Origin: an uncultured Planctomycetaceae bacterium | Lineage (GTDB): Bacteria; Planctomycetota; Planctomycetia; Planctomycetales; Planctomycetaceae | Length of the DNA stretch: 64,000 nucleotides | Assembly (NCBI GenBank): GCA_963976765.1 | Contig: CAXBME010000012.1 | Coordinates: 62,001-126,000 of the forward strand | Direction: 5' to 3' | Program-made: the position numbers and the translations under genes | Shown: piece by piece, positions 19,007 to 28,387 of the stretch | Numbering within the stretch: position 1 is the stretch's first letter | Layout of the letters: each line of letters opens with the position of its first letter | Notes under the pieces: model-generated | What the model saw: the letters and a program-made list of their open reading frames with translations, nothing else | The model's database searches: none | What the model was told of the DNA's origin: nothing

Positions 19007-19690
19007 TCACTCGCCGCTGGCTTCGCGGTAGCCTTTAACAGTGACGACGACGAGCTTTGTTTCGGGGGGGATGTTGTTGCTCAGGTCGTGGGCGCCGCCG
19101 AGGACGACGATGGCGATGCCCTGGTGACTTCGAAGTTGCTGCATCATCAGGTTCTCGCGTTGCTCGATATCCGCCTCGGACACCGCACGCAGTTTTCCGG
19201 TAGCATCCAGCGGCTGTGTGAGCCTCAGGCCTTTGTCCGTATCCAAAGCGTGGACTCGGATTTGCCGCTTCACGAACAGGCGAGCGGCCGCTCCAACGCT
19301 AATTGGATTCGGACTCTCATACAAACCGTTCCGAGCGGCAGCGTGGCAGATGTGAATAAAGGCCCGCTCGAATTCGGGTATCAAACCTTCGAGCCAGACC
19401 TCACGATGCCCTGCCCTGGCCATCGCGTTCAGAAACATCTCCTGCTGATCCTGAATTTCCTGCACCTCGTGAGCGAAGATCAGATACTGATTCTGGATCT
19501 GGTCTTCCGCAATTTCGTCCTGCACGTCCGCCTGGAACTCGGCAAACTCGATGAAATGCCAATCGCGAATATGGACGATCGTCAGCCTGGGATCGTCACA
19601 CTTAACGACAACCTTCGCGGACTCAACGCCCGGAAAGGATTCGAGGTTTGGCAGTTCGGTCAGCATGCAGACAAGAATGAGTTCGATCAT
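19007..19690 (-). CDS. Hypothetical protein, possible EreA/ChaN/TraB(TIKI) superfamily
   Basis: Motif order HIRDWH, VWLEG, RENLM, VVLGGAH. Confidence 0.5.
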   Translation of the reverse strand: MIELILVCMLTELPNLESFPGVESAKVVVKCDDPRLTIVHIRDWHFIEFAEFQADVQDEIAEDQIQNQYLIFAHEVQEIQDQQEMFLNAMARAGHREVWLEGLIPEFERAFIHICHAAARNGLYESPNPISVGAAARLFVKRQIRVHALDTDKGLRLTQPLDATGKLRAVSEADIEQRENLMMQQLRSHQGIAIVVLGGAHDLSNNIPPETKLVVVTVKGYREASGE

Positions 19691-19801
19691 TTGCGGTTTT
19701 TCCCGGAACCTGGTCGGCAGCGTCAATCGCAGTTTCCAGTTTGCCGGGCCGCGAGTTCAACGGGCATGAACGCCGGCATCCTCGGTTAAGACCTGAACTC
19801 T

Positions 19802-21436
19802 TCACCGACTTTTGCCAGCAGGACCGTCTTGACCAGCAGCACTTAATTCGCGAATGAACTCGGCAATGACTTTGTGGACTTCCGACGTCTGACGAATGAC
19901 CAGCCTTGAGCCGACTTCAACCATCACTCCGTCACCGCCGTTCGTTTCCCATTTGTCTGGAAACACGAAGCTCGTCAAAGCGGTCATCAACGCTTCTGCG
20001 TCTTCCTTCGACCCGGCGTTGTAAAAGCGGGTTTCCATGCGGTTCGAATCGACTGGGCCATTCTCCACTTTGGACGGCTCCAGCAGTGCTGATCGAGATT
20101 CGAGATCTCTCAACAGAACAGAGATCTCTGCGATGGTCGCCTGAGTCTGCCTGATGAAGGTCAAACCACCGGCAGTTTCGATTGAGCCGCCGATTCCGTC
20201 GATGTCTTCCCAGAATCCATTGGTCTCGTTCAGGATTGTCTCAACCAGTCGTGCATCCGTGAGTCGACCTGTCGCCAGCAGCTTGCGAGTATCAGCAACG
20301 ACGGCGAACAGCTTCTCGTCGGACGCTTCGACCGTCGTCACCAGCAGCATGTCGTCCTGAATGATCCAGGTCAGCTGCAGAGTTGCGAAGATCTGCTTCA
20401 GCACGGCACCGGCTGTTCCAGACATCGTCAGGCTGACCGGGTCGCTGTCGAGCAATCCGATTTCATCCAGCGAAGCATCATCAACTTCAATCTGAATCTG
20501 CAGCTCATTACCAAGGTAGTCCAGGGCATCGTGCAAAGGAGTTTCCTTGAACTTGACCGAGACTCGCTTTTGCAAGGCGTCCATTGCCTTGCGGTTTTCA
20601 GGCCAGCCAAATCCCCCTTCGGGAATCATCCACACGTCCGAAGATGGCGACCGCTTCTGGATGAACCGCAGCCGATTCAAAAAGCTTTCGACCTGCAGCA
20701 GGACAGGTAGCGACTGCCGGACGGTTAACAACCCGCCTTGAAAACTGATCGTACCACCCGCTCCGTCAAGCTCTTGCCAGATTCCTCCGCAATGCTGCTG
20801 AATCAGGCCGATCAGAATTTCATGAGCCTCGCCTTCGGCACCAAAGCCAGGTGCCCGCGCACTGCTGATAATGATTGGCTCGGCAAAGCCGAAACGGTCC
20901 CGCCCGTCGTCGCTCCGTGAGTTCTGCCGGAACCACTCAACAATGTCGCCAGCAAAAACGACCTTTGCGTGCAGACTTTCGTCGATGACTTCGTTCGTCG
21001 TGATCTGCAGACTTTCGTTCTCGATCGTCCAGTTAAGCTCCAGCGGTTCGAGCAACCGACTCAACGCGGACGAAACGCGAGCGTTTTTCACTGATACCGA
21101 GCATTGCTCATCAACGGCGATTCCGACTTCTTCCAGTGCGACCGTGTCGAGCTGCATTGGAATCCCCGACAACTCTGCCAAGTGGGCGATCGCGTGATCG
21201 AGCGGTGTATTCCGAAATTCTGCAGAGACCCGCTTGTTCTGCACCTGATCGAGTATCTCTTCATTCCTCGCCCGGATGAGCAGCAGGTCAGCCGCAAGAT
21301 CCAGTGGTTTCATCCCGTCATCAGGAGTCACCGCGGCAGGAGGCTCGTCAGCGCACAGTTCGTTGCCCGCCAGGTTCAACGAGACTCCCGCCAGCAGCAC
21401 AATAGAAATCGCACGACGCAGATTTCGACCCAACAT
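19802..21436 (-). CDS. Exported protein with STN-like and secretin-N-like repeats, no secretin barrel
   Basis: Signal peptide; two VSxxFxxTPL...LxEvG modules; three W...GGxG.I....LxxRQ modules; GGAG RBS. Confidence 0.7.
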   Translation of the reverse strand: MLGRNLRRAISIVLLAGVSLNLAGNELCADEPPAAVTPDDGMKPLDLAADLLLIRARNEEILDQVQNKRVSAEFRNTPLDHAIAHLAELSGIPMQLDTVALEEVGIAVDEQCSVSVKNARVSSALSRLLEPLELNWTIENESLQITTNEVIDESLHAKVVFAGDIVEWFRQNSRSDDGRDRFGFAEPIIISSARAPGFGAEGEAHEILIGLIQQHCGGIWQELDGAGGTISFQGGLLTVRQSLPVLLQVESFLNRLRFIQKRSPSSDVWMIPEGGFGWPENRKAMDALQKRVSVKFKETPLHDALDYLGNELQIQIEVDDASLDEIGLLDSDPVSLTMSGTAGAVLKQIFATLQLTWIIQDDMLLVTTVEASDEKLFAVVADTRKLLATGRLTDARLVETILNETNGFWEDIDGIGGSIETAGGLTFIRQTQATIAEISVLLRDLESRSALLEPSKVENGPVDSNRMETRFYNAGSKEDAEALMTALTSFVFPDKWETNGGDGVMVEVGSRLVIRQTSEVHKVIAEFIRELSAAGQDGPAGKSR

Positions 21437-21538
21437 GCCAGTTCTCCGATCCAGAATGAGATACGACGGTTCGCAGCGTACCGACATGGCTGCCGAGTGC
21501 TAAGACATTGATCTGTTCGAGACGCGGATTCCCGTCAG

Positions 21539-21573
21539 AATTCAATAGCAATTATCGGAATTGTCATTGAATT
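21539..21573. promoter_or_regulatory. 35-bp AT-rich inverted repeat in a divergent promoter region
   Basis: AATTCAAT-AG-CAATT-ATCGG-AATTG-TC-ATTGAATT. Confidence 0.6.
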
Positions 21574-21652
21574 ATGCTGTCAGAGTTCGTCTGCTGCACG
21601 ATACTGCGCGGCGTTTTCGCAGGCCAGGCGACAACTCAGCAGACAAAAGGAC

Positions 21653-23248
21653 ATGATGATGGCGTCACACGGAATCCGAAGCAGCCTCATTTTTGTAGCC
21701 ACAGTCGCGACCCTGGCTCTGGCGATGTCGACGAGTCAGTTCGCGTCTGCTGATGACGAAACTCCCGCCCCATCCGTCGAACTTGGAAAAGAACTTTTCA
21801 AACGAGACTGGAGCAAGCACAAGCCGACGCAGGGCGATGGACTCGGGCCGATGTTCAACGCGGTATCGTGTGTCGAGTGCCACGAGATGGGCGGCGTTGG
21901 CGGAGCGGGAAAAATCGAACACAACGTCGATCTCCTGAGCCTTGCTTCGCCTCGCCCCAAAGGAAACGCTGCTGCCCCAGGTCTGTTGAAACGTCTCGGA
22001 ACAGTGCATCCTGACCTGAACGCAACTCAGCTTAGTGTCACACTTCACAAGTTCGGTTTTGAACGTAAGAACGACTCGTTTGAAGCCTCAGGCGCATACA
22101 AAACGTTCCGCAGCAGTTTCATCAAAAGCGATTCGAAATCGTCGTCGCAGACTGTCGGCATCGCTCAGCAGATCAATCGGAACCGGCTTGTCTTTGAACT
22201 CTCGCAACGTTCGACGCCAGCGTTGTTTGGCGCAGGGCTCATCGACCAGATTTCTGATCAGACGCTGATCGAACTCGCGCGACACCAGAAAAAAAACGTT
22301 CCTGGAATTTCCGGTCGAGTTCCGCAGACACCATCGGGAGCCGTCGGTCGATTCGGATGGCGAGGTCAGATTGGCACGCTGCACGACTTCGTACTTGGAG
22401 CCTGCGTGAACGAACTGGGGTTGCAGGTTTCGCCCAACAGGCACGAACCGGAAAATCCTGTCGATACCATTAAGTGGTTAACGACCGCTGAAGCAATCAT
22501 TGAGGGAGTGGATGCCCGAACCCCTCCCTTCGCACGAAAAGAGGATCTGACGAAACAGGAAACTGAATCGTTGACCGCATTTGTCAGCAGCCTGCCTGCC
22601 CCCGTTCAATTGAACGGAACATCGCTCACGCAGTCCAAAGCGGCGATGGAAGGCGAACGACTCTTCGGAAAGATCGGCTGCGCCGACTGCCATGTAAAAG
22701 ACGTCGGACCAGCCAGCGGTATTTACAGCGACCTGCTGCTTCACGACATGGGGCGTGCTCTGGCCGACACCGTGTCTGCCGTGCCAGAGATCGATGAGGA
22801 TTCAATCGTGTTCTCAGGCGGCTACTCCGGCGGATTTTTTACAGAGCAACTCGTTAAAGCCACAACGAAAATCGATCAGGAATGGCGAACGCCACCGTTG
22901 TGGGGAGTTCGTGACTCCGCTCCGTATCTGCACGATGGCCGAGCAGTCAACCTGGACGAAGCCATCCGCATGCACGGCGGCGAAGCGGCGGCGTCAGCTC
23001 GAAGATTCCGCAGCCTGGGAACACTTGACCGGGACCGAGTCATCGCTTTCCTGAACACCCTCGCTCCCAGAGGGGCGAAGCCACGCGCCGTTTTCTTTCC
23101 GCAGCAAGGCGGTGGCGGAGGGTTTGGTTTTGGAAGTGGTTTCGGCAGCGGCGGATTCTTCAGCATTTTGAGCCCGAGTACTGACGCGGCTCACTTCGTC
23201 ATTCCGCATGAAATTATGAGCAATAATTCCGATGCCGCAGCCCATTGA
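21653..23248 (+). CDS. Di-heme oxidoreductase (DHOR/DUF1111) family protein
   Basis: Signal peptide; GLGPMFNAVSCVECH, TPALFGAGLI, GRFGW, GCADCH, YSDLLLHDMG, WRTPPLWG, YLHDGRA. Confidence 0.9.
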   Translation: MMMASHGIRSSLIFVATVATLALAMSTSQFASADDETPAPSVELGKELFKRDWSKHKPTQGDGLGPMFNAVSCVECHEMGGVGGAGKIEHNVDLLSLASPRPKGNAAAPGLLKRLGTVHPDLNATQLSVTLHKFGFERKNDSFEASGAYKTFRSSFIKSDSKSSSQTVGIAQQINRNRLVFELSQRSTPALFGAGLIDQISDQTLIELARHQKKNVPGISGRVPQTPSGAVGRFGWRGQIGTLHDFVLGACVNELGLQVSPNRHEPENPVDTIKWLTTAEAIIEGVDARTPPFARKEDLTKQETESLTAFVSSLPAPVQLNGTSLTQSKAAMEGERLFGKIGCADCHVKDVGPASGIYSDLLLHDMGRALADTVSAVPEIDEDSIVFSGGYSGGFFTEQLVKATTKIDQEWRTPPLWGVRDSAPYLHDGRAVNLDEAIRMHGGEAAASARRFRSLGTLDRDRVIAFLNTLAPRGAKPRAVFFPQQGGGGGFGFGSGFGSGGFFSILSPSTDAAHFVIPHEIMSNNSDAAAH

Positions 23249-23356
23249 AATAGTTGGAACTCGATAAAACGGTGTGCCTGCTACTTTCAGCGATCGGAAA
23301 TCCGAACACAGTCGTCGACAGGCTTTCGGCATTCTTTAACGGAACGAGCGTCCTTC

Positions 23357-23821
23357 ATGATGAAGCAAGTCCTTAACAGCACGGTCGGTGTCATCCTGGG
23401 GATCGTTGTCGGTATGGCCGTGATGATGTCCCTGCACCTGGCAAGTACCTTCGTCTATCCACTTCCCGAAGGCGTTGACTTCATGAGTCAGGAGCCGGAG
23501 AACATGGCCCGCCTGAACGAGTGGTTCGGCACCCTGCCCGCAACAGCGTTTCTACTGGCCACCGCCTGCCACGGCCTCGGCTGCATGAGCGGCGCGGTTG
23601 TGGCAATGCTCATCTCCGGCCGCCGCTCGCTGGTAACACCCGTCATCGTCGGCATCGTTTTCACCCTGTGCGGAATCACGAACCTCTCATCAATCCCCCA
23701 CCCAGCATGGTTCCCGTTCGTCGACGTGCCTGCCTATCTGGTCGTTGCCCTGGTCGTCGGTCTTCTGCTGAAACGAAAGCCTTCCGGGGAAGCGAGTGAG
23801 GCGACAACAACCACAGCGTAA
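23357..23821 (+). CDS. Hypothetical membrane protein (about 4 TM)
   Basis: Four hydrophobic segments; NLSSIPHPAWF motif. Confidence 0.75.
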   Translation: MMKQVLNSTVGVILGIVVGMAVMMSLHLASTFVYPLPEGVDFMSQEPENMARLNEWFGTLPATAFLLATACHGLGCMSGAVVAMLISGRRSLVTPVIVGIVFTLCGITNLSSIPHPAWFPFVDVPAYLVVALVVGLLLKRKPSGEASEATTTTA

Positions 23822-23826
23822 ACCCA

Positions 23827-23896
23827 GCAGAATGCGTCACGACGCACCAACTCATACAACGGTACGTGCTTGCGGTGCGTCCAAACGCTCCCCTGC
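23827..23896. repeat. Degenerate inverted pair of REP-like palindromes between convergent genes
   Basis: GCAGAATGCGTCACGACGCACC ... GGTGCGTCCAAACGCTCCCCTGC, resembling GTAGGGTGCGTCnnGACGCACC-type REPs. Confidence 0.5.
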
Positions 23897-23907
23897 CCTG
23901 TTGATTC

Positions 23908-25365
23908 TTAAAACAGCTCGGCGATTGGTTCGCCGTGTTCGACGATATAGCGGGGGCGGTTGCGGGCGTCGTCGTAGGTGGCGTCGAGCGGGACGCCGAA
24001 GTGGCGGTAGATGGTTGCGGCGAGATCGCCTGGGGTAACGGGACGTTCTGCCGGGTGGCCGCCGTCCGGGTCGGATGCGCCGATCACCTGACCGTGCCGC
24101 AGTCCGCCACCGGTCATGCACATCGACATCACTGCGGGCCAGTGGTTGCGACCGTCGGTGCTGCCTTGCGTACCCATGATCGGCGAGCGACCGAACTCGC
24201 CCATCGAAATTACCAGGCAATTGTCGAGTAATCCTCGTTCGCTCAGATCGCTGACCAGCGTCGTGAGCAGATGATCGAACAGTGGCAGCAACGGGCCGAG
24301 ACCTTTGGCAATTCCTCCGTACGGCGGAATGTTGTCGCCGTGCGTGTCCCAGGTCCCCGACGCGGTGTGGTAACTCAGGTCGAGCGTCACGAAACTGGCT
24401 CCGCTTTCGATCAATCGTCTGGCAATCAACGCCTGCTGGCACCAGAGATGTTTGCCGTATCGGTCCCGGACTGCGGCGGGTTCGGCTTCAAGGTCAAACG
24501 CTTTCTGTGCGCGGCCACCCAACAGAATGTTTGCTGCCTGCTGCCCATAACTGTCGAGCGCGGCCATCGAGCCGTCCTGGTCAAGGTCGCGGCGCAACTG
24601 ATCGATCTGTCCGACCAGCGAGCGACGTTGAGTGACTCGCGGGTGCGTCAGCCCTGCCGGCATCTGAAACATGCTCGCCCCCGACATCCGTCCTGTGTCT
24701 TTGCCGACCAGATCGTAAACCGGCAGCTGACAGGCATCGTTGGCGATAAACGGATCGAACTGTTTGCCAAGGTCGCCCGCATAGCCGATGTGGCTGTTGT
24801 GTTTCTGAAAGGCAACGTACGGAGGCATGCCTTGCTGATTGGCTCCGTGAAACCTCGAAACCAGCGAACCGATTGAAGGAAATGTCAGGCCTTTCGGATT
24901 TACTCGCGGTGCGGCCGCCAGATTGCCCGTCTGCATGACCATATTCGGCTGGTGGCTGCTGTGTCGGGCGTCGACCGAACGGATAATCGAAAACTGATCG
25001 AGCATCGCGGCCTGCTTTGGAAGATGCTCGCTGATAAAAACGCCCGGCTGCCTGGTCTGCGTGACTCCGAACGGACCTCGGTTCATGTAGGGACGATCCG
25101 GTTTTGGATCCCATGTATCGATATGGCTTGGGCCGCCGGCCATCCAGAGCAGAATCACGCTCTTGCCGGTCGCTGTTGATTTGCCGGCCTGCCTGGCCAG
25201 AGCCTGTTGCCGAAGCAGCCCCGGCAACGTCAAACCGGCAATACCCGCGAGGCTGGATTTCAACATGCCTCGCCGATCAAGCATCATCAATCCCTCACGC
25301 TGTCTCGCATGAAAGCAGGTGAAAGCGTGACCGGCTGCGTGTTGTGCTGCGTGTGGAAGGGTCAT
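23908..25365 (-). CDS. DUF1501 domain protein
   Basis: DRRGML; KSVILLWMAGGPSHIDTWDPKP; WDTH; GEFGRSP; GRNHWP. Confidence 0.95.
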   Translation of the reverse strand: MTLPHAAQHAAGHAFTCFHARQREGLMMLDRRGMLKSSLAGIAGLTLPGLLRQQALARQAGKSTATGKSVILLWMAGGPSHIDTWDPKPDRPYMNRGPFGVTQTRQPGVFISEHLPKQAAMLDQFSIIRSVDARHSSHQPNMVMQTGNLAAAPRVNPKGLTFPSIGSLVSRFHGANQQGMPPYVAFQKHNSHIGYAGDLGKQFDPFIANDACQLPVYDLVGKDTGRMSGASMFQMPAGLTHPRVTQRRSLVGQIDQLRRDLDQDGSMAALDSYGQQAANILLGGRAQKAFDLEAEPAAVRDRYGKHLWCQQALIARRLIESGASFVTLDLSYHTASGTWDTHGDNIPPYGGIAKGLGPLLPLFDHLLTTLVSDLSERGLLDNCLVISMGEFGRSPIMGTQGSTDGRNHWPAVMSMCMTGGGLRHGQVIGASDPDGGHPAERPVTPGDLAATIYRHFGVPLDATYDDARNRPRYIVEHGEPIAELF

Positions 25366-25516
25366 CGTGCGGTTCCGAAAGTCAACTTAGAAAGTCGGTC
25401 TCGACATCCATGCCGAAGGCTAACGCAGAGTCATTACCAGGTGATGAGCTGTTCCTGTCAAGTGCTGTTCGCAGAACGCTGCCTGCCGCGTCGCGGGGGC
25501 GAACTGTCTGATCACG

Positions 25517-25550
25517 AAAAAAGGCGACGGAGATCATCACCGTCGCCTTT
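25517..25550 (-). terminator. Intrinsic terminator after cysK
   Basis: AAAGGCGACGG / CCGTCGCCTTT stem with a T-run on the minus strand, 30 bp past the stop. Confidence 0.85.
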
Positions 25551-25579
25551 GTGAGCTATTTCAAAATTCGATGTCGACG

Positions 25580-26512
25580 TCAATCTTTGGCATATTCGAA
25601 CAGCGCCGTTGAGAGGTAACGTTCGCCCGAGTCTGGCAGGATCACAACGATGGTTTTGCCTTCTGCTTCCGGTCGAGCGGCGACCTTCAGTGCGGCAGCG
25701 ACAGCGGCCCCGCAGCTGATCCCGGCGATGATGCCTTCTTCTTTGGCGAGTCGCGGTGCCATCTCAAAGGCTTCTTCACTGGATACCTGCACGACCTCGT
25801 CGACGATGGACATGTCCAGAATGTCCGGGACAAAGCCGGCTCCAATCCCCTGAATTTTGTGAGGCCCAGGACTTCCACCAGAAAGAACAGGACTTTCTGA
25901 AGGCTCAACGGCGATCGACTTTACGTCGAGCCCTTTATCATTCTTCAGGTAACGGGAAACGCCGGTAATCGTTCCGCCCGTGCCGACTCCAGCAACGAAG
26001 TAGTCGACTTTGCCGTCGGTGTCTTCAAAAATTTCCGGGCCGGTTGTTTTGACATGAATTGCCGGGTTGGCCGGATTATTGAACTGTTGCGGCATGAAGA
26101 AATTCGGATCAGCGGCCATCTCTTCGGCTTTAGAGATGGCTCCTTTCATGCCCTCAGCACCTGGGGTCAGAACCAGGCTGGCACCGAAGGTCTTAAGCAT
26201 CATGCGACGTTCGAGCGACATCGTGTCGGGCATCGTGAGTGTCAGCTTGTAACCTCGAGCGGCACAAACGTAGGCCAGAGCGATGCCAGTATTGCCGCTG
26301 GTTGGCTCGACCACTTCCATGCCGGGCTTCAGTGCTCCGGACTGTTCCGCGTCCCAGATCATGGAAGCACCAATGCGGCACTTGACGCTGTAAGCCGGGT
26401 TGCGGCCTTCGATCTTGGCCAGAACCGTCGCTTTCAACCCCTTTGTCACATGGTTCAATCTGACAAGTGGGGTGCGACCGATCGACAGCGAATTATCATC
26501 AAAAACTGGCAT
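25580..26512 (-). CDS. cysK: Cysteine synthase A
   Basis: NPAYSVKCR (PLP Lys), [22 protein letters not shown]. Confidence 0.97.
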   Translation of the reverse strand: MPVFDDNSLSIGRTPLVRLNHVTKGLKATVLAKIEGRNPAYSVKCRIGASMIWDAEQSGALKPGMEVVEPTSGNTGIALAYVCAARGYKLTLTMPDTMSLERRMMLKTFGASLVLTPGAEGMKGAISKAEEMAADPNFFMPQQFNNPANPAIHVKTTGPEIFEDTDGKVDYFVAGVGTGGTITGVSRYLKNDKGLDVKSIAVEPSESPVLSGGSPGPHKIQGIGAGFVPDILDMSIVDEVVQVSSEEAFEMAPRLAKEEGIIAGISCGAAVAAALKVAARPEAEGKTIVVILPDSGERYLSTALFEYAKD

Positions 26513-26842
26513 CCTGCTGGCTCCTTCCGTAACTGCCGGGACAAAACCGGTGGTGTGAACTCCACTGTTGTAACGCTCCGTCAGAGTCCCACCAAAACTT
26601 AAGTCGATTATTCAGCATCACCAGAATCAGAGCAATCCCGTTCTAAAACTGGCCTATAGTCGGGCATCTGTCGCTTCGATCGGCAAATAAGCCGCAGGCT
26701 GTTCAGTTTGAACAGACCTTTGCGCTCACTGAGCCGAAAATCGTCATGCGGAACCCTATCATGAACCCGCCCATGAGGCCGCGCGAGTATGCTTACGCCC
26801 CAATCTGCACTTCAGACCAGACGTCTCGACGGTATTCTCAGG

Positions 26843-27799
26843 ATGAATGTAATCCGATTTGATCCTCTACTGAAGCGAATCCGCTGGGGCGGCACTCGGC
26901 TGGGGACAACGCTTGGAAAGCGACTCGGTCCGGAAACCGATTATGCGGAAAGTTGGGAGATTGCCGATCACGGCGAAGATCAAAGTATCGTCAACACAAC
27001 TTACTTCGCTGGCTCGACCCTTCAGGAGTTGCTGCGAGACAGCAACGAAGCGATCCTCGGTCGCCACGCTGGTCGCGACCAGTTCCCGCTGCTGATCAAG
27101 TTTCTCGACGCGAGTGACCGGTTGTCTGTCCAGGTTCACCCCAACGACACTCAGGCAAAAGCCTACGATCCTACAGAAAACGGCAAGACCGAAGCCTGGG
27201 TGATTATTCATGCCGAGCCGGGCAGCCGCGTTTATGCCGGCCTGAAGAAAGGCGTCACAGAAGCAAAGATGCGCCGCGCCATCGACGTCGGGAAGCTGGA
27301 AGAGTGTCTTCACTCGTTCGAGGTTTCGGTCGGCGACTGCGTCTTCATTCCGGCCGGAACTGTCCACGCGATCGGCGAAGGAATTCTGCTGGCTGAAGTC
27401 CAACAGTCGAGCGATATGACGTTTCGCCTGTTTGACTGGGGCCGCGTCGGGGCGGACGGCAAGCCTCGCGAATTGCACATTGAACGAGCCATTGCCTGTA
27501 CGAACTTTGAACTCGGGCCGGTCAGCCCTCAGACCCCACGACCGATCGAACACGGCCACGAACTGGCTTCGTGCGAGTATTTCGACATTCGACGTTACTC
27601 TGAAGCCGGTCAGGTACCGATTCCGGACGATGATCGATTCCACGTTCTGATCAACGTTGGCGCCGAAGCCTCCGTCACCGTCGGACCGGAATTCGAACAA
27701 CTTGCTTTCGGCCAGGTACTGCTGCTCCCTGCCGACCACGAAACGGCAACAATCAACCTTTCAGAGGGCAGCACGGTGCTGGACGTCTTCCTGCCGTGA
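26843..27799 (+). CDS. manA: Mannose-6-phosphate isomerase, class I
   Basis: WGG, AESWE, FPLLIKFLD, LSVQVHP, GKTEAW, PAGTVHA, EVQQSSD. Confidence 0.93.
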   Translation: MNVIRFDPLLKRIRWGGTRLGTTLGKRLGPETDYAESWEIADHGEDQSIVNTTYFAGSTLQELLRDSNEAILGRHAGRDQFPLLIKFLDASDRLSVQVHPNDTQAKAYDPTENGKTEAWVIIHAEPGSRVYAGLKKGVTEAKMRRAIDVGKLEECLHSFEVSVGDCVFIPAGTVHAIGEGILLAEVQQSSDMTFRLFDWGRVGADGKPRELHIERAIACTNFELGPVSPQTPRPIEHGHELASCEYFDIRRYSEAGQVPIPDDDRFHVLINVGAEASVTVGPEFEQLAFGQVLLLPADHETATINLSEGSTVLDVFLP

Positions 27800-27901
27800 T
27801 GTTCCTTTCGACGGCCAGGCCTGTCGGGCAATCACTCGACAAAATCACCAGGCAACCAAGGCCGACGGGAATAGTCGTTGTACCCGGCGCATCATGCTGA
27901 G

Positions 27902-28336
27902 ATGCAAGTCCTGTTTCGAATCGCTGCTGACGCGACTGTCTGCTTTCACCTGGCGTACGTTCTGTTTGTCGTACTCGGTCAGGCGACGGTCATGCTGGGA
28001 GCAGTCTGCGGCTGGAAATGGATTCGAAACACGACATTCCGTCTGCTCCATTTACTGGCCATCTCGATCGTCGTTGTTGAAAGCTGGCTTGGAGTTACGT
28101 GCCCACTGACCACGCTCGAAAAACATCTCCGAGCGAAGTCCGGGGCGGCTTCCTACAGCGGAGATTTTGTTGCGAACGCCGTTCACGATGTGTTGTTTAT
28201 GGAGTGTGAGCCGTGGGTTTTCACCACGATGTATTCGCTGTTCGGTCTGGCAGTGCTTGCAACGTTGTTTGCCTGCCCGCCCTGGGCGCTGACCCGAAGA
28301 TCATCGGGCGGAAATGCCACCAATGACACAGCCTGA
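27902..28336 (+). CDS. DUF2784 membrane protein
   Basis: ADATVCFHLAYVLFVVLG, CPLTTLE. Confidence 0.85.
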   Translation: MQVLFRIAADATVCFHLAYVLFVVLGQATVMLGAVCGWKWIRNTTFRLLHLLAISIVVVESWLGVTCPLTTLEKHLRAKSGAASYSGDFVANAVHDVLFMECEPWVFTTMYSLFGLAVLATLFACPPWALTRRSSGGNATNDTA

Positions 28337-28387
28337 CAAGGTGTGTCTCTGGCGGGACGGCCCCGGGCCAGCTCTGTCCGTTAAAAA

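Noticed and set aside
18653..19789. 378-aa plus-strand ORF
   Set aside because: Overlaps the propeller gene out of frame and the minus-strand gene; Arg-rich with no motifs.
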